Source: Alteromonas naphthalenivorans (GTDB lineage Bacteria > Babelota > Babeliae > Babelales > CAIQNR01). Taken from it: DNA of 13,149 bases. The stretch covers positions 1-13,149 of the forward strand of contig JBLICC010000023.1 of assembly GCA_047631715.1 (NCBI GenBank). The letters run 5' to 3'. The translations under genes and the position numbers were made by a program. This document shows, one piece after another, positions 1 to 5,263 of this stretch; position 1 is the first letter of the stretch; each line of letters starts with the position of its first letter. Below the pieces are notes generated by a model. That model saw only the letters and a program-made list of their open reading frames with translations. It did not search any database and was not told where the DNA came from.

Positions 1-1
1 C

Positions 2-1600
2 AAAATTCGTCGTGGTGTTGATACTCTTGCAGATGCAATTAAAGTGACTCTTGGGCCCCGAGGCAGAAACGTTGCTTATGGCAAATCATTCGGTTCTCCA
101 GGGATTACCAAAGATGGTGTTACGGTTGCAAAAGAAATCGACTTGGCAGACAGTCTTGAAAATATGGGTGCTCAACTCGTTAAAGAAGTTGCTTCTAGAA
201 CAGCAGACGTTGCTGGTGATGGAACAACTACTGCAACGGTTTTGGCACAAGCTATATTTCGTGAAGGTAACAAATATGTTACTGCCGGTGCAAATCCAAT
301 GGAACTTAAGCGCGGTATCGACAAAGCAGTAGAAGCAGCAGTTAAAAGCATTCAAGCATCTGCTAAAAAAGTAAGCGACAAAAAAGAAATCGAACAAGTT
401 GCTACTATCTCTGCAAACTCAGATACAGTAATTGGGCAGCAAATTGCTGAAGCTATGGAGCGTGTAGGTCGCGATGGCGTTATTACTGTTGAAGAAGCAA
501 AGGGCATGGAAAACGAATTAGAAATCGTTGAAGGTATGCAATTTGACCGTGGTTACTTGTCTCCCTACTTTGTAACAAACACAGAGAAGATGGAAGCTGA
601 TTTGGCTGGTCCTGCAATTTTGATTCATGAGAAGAAAATTACTTCTATGAAGTCTTTGATGCCGGTATTAGAGCAAGTTGCAAAAACAGGTAAACAGCTT
701 TTGATTATTGCAGAAGATATAGAAGGCGAAGCGCTTGCAACATTGGTTGTAAACAAGATTCGTGGAACTCTTAATGTTGTTGCAGTTAAAGCTCCTGGTT
801 TTGGTGACCGTCGTAAAGCAATGTTAGAAGACATCGCTGCATTGACCGGTGGCAAAGTAGTATCAGAAGAACTTGGTATTAAACTAGAAAATATTACCTT
901 GGACGATCTTGGTACTGCTAAAAAAGTATTAATCACTAAAGACGCTACAATTATTATTGATGGTGCTGGTGAAAAAGCTGCTATTGATGGTCGTGTTACA
1001 CAAATTAGAATGCAAATCGAAAACAGCGATTCTGAATACGACAAAGAAAAACTCAAAGAACGCTTGGCTAAATTAGCTGGTGGTGTTGCAGTTATAAAAG
1101 TTGGTGCAGCTACAGAAACAGAAATGAAAGAAAAGAAAGACCGTATCGAAGATGCATTGCATGCAACTCGTGCTGCGGTAGAAGAAGGCATTGTTGCCGG
1201 TGGTGGAACTGCACTTCTACGTGCACAAGCTGCTGTTGATGCAGTTGCGGTTGAAGGCGACGAGAAGCTTGGAGCTTCTATTATTCGTCGTGCTCTTGAA
1301 GAACCGGCTCGTATCATTGCACAAAATGCAGGGTTCGAAGCTTCTGTTGTTGTAGAAAAAATTCGCAACTCAAGTACAGAAATCGGCTTTGATGCAAAGA
1401 ACGGTGTGTATGTTGATATGGTTAAAGCTGGAATCGTTGATCCTGCAAAAGTAACACGTACTGCGCTTCAAAACGCTGCGTCTATTGCTGGCTTGATGAT
1501 TACAACAGAAACTATCATCGCAGACATTCCAGAAGAAAATAAAAGTATGACTCCTCCAGCAGGTCCTTCAGGAATGGGCGGCATGCAAGGAATGTACTAA
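2..1600 (+). CDS. groEL: Chaperonin GroEL (Cpn60), N-terminus truncated by window edge
   Basis: The frame is open from position 2 ([24 protein letters not shown]), so the ORF-track GTG at 44 is internal. Motifs [51 protein letters not shown] and a GGM-type tail (GMGGMQGMY). Stop TAA at 1598-1600. Confidence 0.99.
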   Translation, partial: KIRRGVDTLADAIKVTLGPRGRNVAYGKSFGSPGITKDGVTVAKEIDLADSLENMGAQLVKEVASRTADVAGDGTTTATVLAQAIFREGNKYVTAGANPMELKRGIDKAVEAAVKSIQASAKKVSDKKEIEQVATISANSDTVIGQQIAEAMERVGRDGVITVEEAKGMENELEIVEGMQFDRGYLSPYFVTNTEKMEADLAGPAILIHEKKITSMKSLMPVLEQVAKTGKQLLIIAEDIEGEALATLVVNKIRGTLNVVAVKAPGFGDRRKAMLEDIAALTGGKVVSEELGIKLENITLDDLGTAKKVLITKDATIIIDGAGEKAAIDGRVTQIRMQIENSDSEYDKEKLKERLAKLAGGVAVIKVGAATETEMKEKKDRIEDALHATRAAVEEGIVAGGGTALLRAQAAVDAVAVEGDEKLGASIIRRALEEPARIIAQNAGFEASVVVEKIRNSSTEIGFDAKNGVYVDMVKAGIVDPAKVTRTALQNAASIAGLMITTETIIADIPEENKSMTPPAGPSGMGGMQGMY

Positions 1601-1606
1601 AGGTAC

Positions 1607-1649
1607 GAATCACCCTGAGTGATCACCATAGGTGATCGTATCGAAGGGT
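1607..1649 (+). repeat. Palindromic element copy R1 (subtype B)
   Basis: GAATCA CCCT GA GTGATCACC ATA GGTGATCGT ATC GA AGGG T; lies between the groEL stop and its terminator. Confidence 0.9.
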
Positions 1650-1658
1650 AGAAATATT

Positions 1659-1684
1659 AAGCCCGGAGAAATCCGGGCTTTTTT
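1659..1684 (+). terminator. Rho-independent terminator of groEL
   Basis: AAGCCCGGA-GAAA-TCCGGGCTT perfect stem with a GNRA loop, followed by TTTT. Confidence 0.9.
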
Positions 1685-1696
1685 ATTGAGTAAGTT

Positions 1697-3103
1697 TTAA
1701 AACGATCCACCGGCGTTAAACCACACACCATAGGTAGAAAGTGCTTTGGTCTCATTGCGGGGCATTTCTACAAACGCGCCAAGTCCAGCATGCATGTTTC
1801 TTGTAGATTGTTTACTTTGTAAGTTTCCATAAATATGTATTCGATGAATAGCAGCAGCAAGTTGGCTACAAGAATCTAAATCAAGGTCAGATTCTTTAAT
1901 TGCAGTAAACGTTGCGCTATCTGTTCCTCGACTTATAATAGTTGCATCACTTGCCCATCTTGCTCCAGCTGTTCCAGCGATTTGATACTCTTCTATCCAT
2001 TTGTGTGTATCGGTAATTTTTACAGATTCTCCGCCATGAGCCCACAATCCATAACCAACTTCACCTTGGAAATAACCTCGAGTAGCCCGTAAGCTTGTGG
2101 TAAAATCAACAAGAGCATGAGGAGAAACACGTACTTTGTGTGTTAGAACATTAACACCAGGCACGGTTGCAGTACCAGTTTCGTCTTTGTGGCGCATAAG
2201 CAAATAGCGACTCCATTCTTTATCTTTTAAATCAAAGGTACGATGTTGGTAGTTACGGATAAGAAAGTTGCTTTCTAGGTTTATATTAAAGGTAACCAAG
2301 TGTTTTTCTTCTTCTCGTGTTAATGGTGCTTGCATATTAATACCCCAAATAATGCCCACATGTTTATTAAAGCCAACTTGGCTGTCGAACATATAAGCGT
2401 TAGAGGTGCTGCCTTTGCCAGGTAAAGAAATGGCAGAGTAGCTTGATGCATAAGCGCGACCGTTTGATACAAAGGTTGATCCTAAAGTTAAACGCACTTC
2501 AGAAAGTCCTGATCGAGAACGTTCACCATCAATTTTTAGATAGGTCCAATCGGGATTTTTAAAAGCGGTAACAATATCGTAAACAGCAAGTGTGTTAGCT
2601 GCAGCATTTTGAACATTGCTTTGTGTAAGTTTAAGATTGTTTTCTACTTTTGCTGCGGCAACAGTAAGTTGCACCCACCAATCTTTAGCAAATTTGATTC
2701 CAAAAAGAGGTCCAATTATGCGGCGTACATCTATGGTACCACCTATTTGTTTTTGTTCGGGAGCAAAATTTACATTTCCACTAAAGCCATCTGGCAATCC
2801 AAACCATACAGGAAGGGCATTTTTATCTGTGGCTGTATTATGTATTTTTACGGCTGCTTTATCGATAGGTAAAAAATATTGTTTAATTCTGTCTGCTTTG
2901 CGTGAATCTTGATAAGAAGCGTTTATGCGAACTCCTGTTTTTTGATCTTTGTTTAATGGTACGCCGAACCAAAAAACTTGACTGAGACCTAAGTTTTGGT
3001 GAGTGGGCCGCGTGAATAAAAACGTTTGACTACTTTTATCTGTCTTAGCAGTAAGAGAGAAGCAGAGTAAGAAAATCGAGGTATAGAGAAATTTTTTTAT
3101 CAT
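1697..3103 (-). CDS. Hypothetical exported protein, probable outer-membrane beta-barrel (468 aa)
   Basis: Long ORF with AAGGA upstream, N-terminal signal peptide (MIKKFLYTSIFLLCFSLTA), many amphipathic beta-like segments, and a C-terminus YGVWFNAGGSF ending in Phe like a BamA beta-signal. The CDS is secure; the fold is inferred. Confidence 0.75.
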   Translation of the reverse strand: MIKKFLYTSIFLLCFSLTAKTDKSSQTFLFTRPTHQNLGLSQVFWFGVPLNKDQKTGVRINASYQDSRKADRIKQYFLPIDKAAVKIHNTATDKNALPVWFGLPDGFSGNVNFAPEQKQIGGTIDVRRIIGPLFGIKFAKDWWVQLTVAAAKVENNLKLTQSNVQNAAANTLAVYDIVTAFKNPDWTYLKIDGERSRSGLSEVRLTLGSTFVSNGRAYASSYSAISLPGKGSTSNAYMFDSQVGFNKHVGIIWGINMQAPLTREEEKHLVTFNINLESNFLIRNYQHRTFDLKDKEWSRYLLMRHKDETGTATVPGVNVLTHKVRVSPHALVDFTTSLRATRGYFQGEVGYGLWAHGGESVKITDTHKWIEEYQIAGTAGARWASDATIISRGTDSATFTAIKESDLDLDSCSQLAAAIHRIHIYGNLQSKQSTRNMHAGLGAFVEMPRNETKALSTYGVWFNAGGSF

Positions 3104-3260
3104 TCCATTATCCTTTTTTTAGATTGCGCAATGGTATTGATCTTAAAAGAGCCGCGCGACAAAGACAAGATCTGACTTTGAAAATAATTTTTAAAAATAA
3201 AATAGAAAGAGTTTGAATCTTATCTGTAAGCCTGTTTAAGAGTGATTTAAGCCTGATTTT

Positions 3261-3288
3261 TTGACAAAAAAGCTATAATCCGTACACT
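3261..3288 (+). promoter_or_regulatory. Putative sigma70 promoter for the 3441-3863 gene
   Basis: TTGACA (3261-3266), 16-nt spacer, TACACT (3283-3288). Extra TATAAT hexamers occur at 3274 and 3308. Confidence 0.5.
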
Positions 3289-3440
3289 AGAGATTCTTAA
3301 TTTAGGATATAATGCTAGAGGGTTAGGGTTTTTGTCTTTAATATTTCTTGAAGGCAAAGTTATTATTAAAATAAAAAAGTTTAGTAATTGCAAGCGTGAT
3401 AAGAAACTAATTGATTAACTACAACATAAGGATGTTATCT

Positions 3441-3863
3441 ATGAATAACTCATTACGTTATTTGGCTCTTGCTCTTTTGATTTCAACAAGTACACAAGCT
3501 GCTGAAGCTACGGTTCCTGCGGTTGAAGCTGTTATTGAAGCTTCTGCTGAAGCTACGGTTCCTGCGGTTGAAGCTGTTATTGAAACTACTGTTCCTGCAA
3601 CATCATACTGGGCTGCTGTAAAAGAAGGTGCTGTTAAAGCACGTACAGCAACTGTTGATGCTGTTAAATCAGGTAAAACAATGGTTTCTGACGGTAGCGA
3701 GAATGTTGTTGCTATTGTAAAAGCTCACCCAGGCAAATTTGCTATTGGTGCTGTAGCTGTTACAGCAATTGCAGTATATGCTTTCCATAAATGGAAAAAA
3801 GCATCTCGTCGTGCAGCCGAGCTAGAAGAAGAATTAGCTGAAGAAGATGCGCTTACTGCGTAA
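3441..3863 (+). CDS. Small hypothetical protein with signal peptide, Ala/Glu/Val repeat and C-terminal TM helix (140 aa)
   Basis: ATG 3441 preferred over TTG 3411 because TAAGGA (3427-3432) lies 8 nt upstream. Signal peptide MNNSLRYLALALLISTSTQA; TM segment FAIGAVAVTAIAVYAF followed by HKWKK and an acidic tail; has its own terminator. Confidence 0.85.
   Translation: MNNSLRYLALALLISTSTQAAEATVPAVEAVIEASAEATVPAVEAVIETTVPATSYWAAVKEGAVKARTATVDAVKSGKTMVSDGSENVVAIVKAHPGKFAIGAVAVTAIAVYAFHKWKKASRRAAELEEELAEEDALTA
3499..3584 (+). repeat. Intragenic tandem repeat, 45-nt period
   Basis: 41-nt identical blocks at 3499-3539 and 3544-3584 encode AEATVPAVEAVIE twice, followed by a partial third unit (TTVPA). 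Confidence 0.95.
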
Positions 3864-3885
3864 TCACTTTTTAGTTTAGAATATT

Positions 3886-3920
3886 AAAGAGGCGTTCTTT
3901 ACAGAGCGTCTCTTTTTTTT
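3886..3920 (+). terminator. Rho-independent terminator of the small exported protein gene
   Basis: AAAGAGGCGTTCT-TTAC-AGAGCGTCTCTTT stem (two G.U pairs, so favoured on + strand) running into a T8 tract. Confidence 0.85.
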
Positions 3921-3925
3921 GAGGT

Positions 3926-3964
3926 TCCCTCGATACAATTTCTACGAAATCACTCGGGATGAGC
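3926..3964 (-). repeat. Palindromic element copy R2 (subtype A)
   Basis: Minus strand reads GCTCA TCCC GA GTGATTTC GTA GAAATTGT ATC GA GGGA. Confidence 0.9.
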
Positions 3965-3989
3965 TTTATACTTAGTTATTGTAATTACG

Positions 3990-4041
3990 GAGTCATCCTG
4001 AGTGGTTTTTGAATATTAATGAAAAAATTGTATCGAAGGAT
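3990..4041 (+). repeat. Palindromic element copy R3 (subtype B, long loop)
   Basis: GAGTCA TCCT GA GTGGTTTTT GAATATTAATGA AAAAATTGT ATC GA AGGA T. Confidence 0.9.
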
Positions 4042-4068
4042 AATAGAGAACGAATTACATACATTCGA

Positions 4069-4110
4069 CCCATTCGATACAATTCCTAACGGAATCACTC
4101 AGGGTGACTC
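4069..4110 (-). repeat. Palindromic element copy R4 (subtype B)
   Basis: Minus strand reads GAGTCA CCCT GA GTGATTCC GTTA GGAATTGT ATC GA A(T)GGG, with one extra T in the 3' stem arm. Confidence 0.88.
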
Positions 4111-4124
4111 ACTAAAGTTTGTAT

Positions 4125-4141
4125 TCACTCAGTATGATTCG
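4125..4141 (-). repeat. Degenerate 5' half-element (remnant)
   Basis: Minus strand CGAATCA TACT GA GTGA matches the start of R1 (CGAATCA CCCT GA GTGA); no 3' arm is visible. Confidence 0.55.
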
Positions 4142-4145
4142 TTTT

Positions 4146-4208
4146 GTTCATCTCGCCCTTCGATACTATTCTTAACGGAATCACTCAGGATAAAATTGTA
4201 TCGAGAGA
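4146..4208 (+). repeat. Palindromic element copy R5 (subtype A), interrupted by R6
   Basis: GTTCA TCTC G (4146-4155) ... AAAATTGT ATC GA GAGA (4192-4208). Both ends match intact copy R8. Confidence 0.8.
4156..4191 (-). repeat. Palindromic element copy R6, nested inside R5
   Basis: Minus strand reads A TCCT GA GTGATTCC GTTA AGAATAGT ATC GA AGGG; close direct repeat of R4. Confidence 0.88.
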
Positions 4209-4213
4209 CTCCA

Positions 4214-5083
4214 TTATTGCTTTATTATTTTTAAAGCGCTTTCCAAACTACAATCTTGATAGATAATGTTAGAAAGGGCAGTTGCTAGTTTAAGAGCTTC
4301 TGGTTCTGTATGCTGAAAGATGTTTCTTCCAATGGCACCACCTGCGGCATTTCCGTCGTGAATATTACTATATACTTCTTGCAAAAAGGCTTGTGATTCT
4401 TGTGCTGCGCCGCCGGATACTATTACTTTTGTGTTTCCAGCTGCTTGCACAGCTTGATTAATATGTGTTGCAGGGCCAGATGGTTTTTGAATTTTTACAA
4501 AGTCGGCACCAAGGCTGGCTGCCATTCCTGCAGCTCCTGCTATAACATCAGGATCATATTCATCGGGAACGCTTTTGCCTCGTGGGTAGATCCATAAGAT
4601 AGCAACTAAACCGTTTTTGTGGGCGTTGGTAACAATAGTTGCAGCTTCGGTTAGCATGTCTCGTTCGTAATCACTACCAAGAAAAATGGTGTATCCCACA
4701 CCGCATAGATTTGAAACATTAAGAGAAAGGGCGTCGTTTACAGACCACATTTGTTGGCTGTATGGTTCGCCTTTGTTTAAATTAGTCTTACCATCAAGTT
4801 TTGCGATATAGGGTATGTTTGGGTAGTCGGATCCATAGCGAGCAATAAGACCAACATGTGTTGCAAAACAGCCAATGGGGCTTTTGTGCGCAATAGAAAA
4901 AACATGTTCTGGCTTATTAATTTCTTCTGGTAGGTTGGGTCCAAAAAAATCTTTGTTTAAATGTTCCATCTTTTGATCTGCTGCAAAAATAAAAAGGCGT
5001 TCTGTATTTTTTGTTATCGTAGCGTAGCGATTTTTATAGATTTCTTGTTTGTCTTTGGGGATGTCTGCTGGAATGTTTTTCAT
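4214..5083 (-). CDS. fbaB: Class I (DhnA/FbaB-type) fructose-bisphosphate aldolase (289 aa)
   Basis: Motifs FAADQKMEH, WIYPRG, LGADFVK (Schiff-base Lys), SGG and GRNIFQ. Start placed at ATG 5083 (MKNIPADIP, SD-like AAAGTGAT upstream); the longer ORF-track N-terminus begins inside repeat R7. Substrate is inferred from the family. Confidence 0.85.
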   Translation of the reverse strand: MKNIPADIPKDKQEIYKNRYATITKNTERLFIFAADQKMEHLNKDFFGPNLPEEINKPEHVFSIAHKSPIGCFATHVGLIARYGSDYPNIPYIAKLDGKTNLNKGEPYSQQMWSVNDALSLNVSNLCGVGYTIFLGSDYERDMLTEAATIVTNAHKNGLVAILWIYPRGKSVPDEYDPDVIAGAAGMAASLGADFVKIQKPSGPATHINQAVQAAGNTKVIVSGGAAQESQAFLQEVYSNIHDGNAAGGAIGRNIFQHTEPEALKLATALSNIIYQDCSLESALKIIKQ

Positions 5084-5102
5084 AATTATCACTTTCTTTT
5101 TG

Positions 5103-5187
5103 ATCCTTCGATACAATTTTTTCATTAACATTCAAAAACCACTCCCAGCCGTCGCCAAGGCTATGGCGGGCTGTCGCAGGATGACTC
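5103..5187 (-). repeat. Palindromic element copy R7 (subtype B, long loop) with a 33-nt insertion
   Basis: Removing 5145-5177 leaves 52 nt that match the reverse complement of R3 (3990-4041) at 51/52 positions. Confidence 0.92.
5145..5177. repeat. GC-rich 33-nt palindromic insert of a second family
   Basis: CCAGCCGTCGCCAAGGCTATGGCGGGCTGTCGC, 24/33 GC; hairpin CAGCC-GT-CGCCA-AGGCTA-TGGCG-GGCTG. Boundaries are ambiguous by 1 nt. Confidence 0.75.
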
Positions 5188-5212
5188 GGTGTACAAGCAC
5201 GAAAATATATGG

Positions 5213-5253
5213 GTTCATCTCGAGTGGGCACCGTCGGTGATTGTATCGAGAGA
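5213..5253 (+). repeat. Palindromic element copy R8 (subtype A)
   Basis: GTTCA TCTC GA GTGGGCACC GTC GGTGATTGT ATC GA GAGA. Confidence 0.9.
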
Positions 5254-5263
5254 CACCTTATGG

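Noticed and set aside
625..1368. 247-aa ORF antisense to groEL
   Set aside because: In-register antisense shadow expected from the codon bias of a highly expressed gene.
3104..3440. tRNA or structured ncRNA in the long divergent intergenic region
   Set aside because: No cloverleaf or stable stems seen; consistent with AT-rich promoter DNA.
3926..4208. CRISPR array (R4 and R6 are ~36-nt direct repeats, with other repeats nearby)
   Set aside because: Copies alternate in orientation, vary internally, nest, and recur at distant loci. There is no regular repeat-spacer period and no cas gene.
4019..4234. 71-aa ORF MKKLYRRII...
   Set aside because: Made almost entirely of repeats R3-R6, has no RBS and overlaps the aldolase 3' end.
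3990..5187. Autonomous IS or transposon bounded by the R3/R7 inverted repeats
   Set aside because: The enclosed gene is an aldolase, with no transposase and no target-site duplication. Kept only as a geometry observation.
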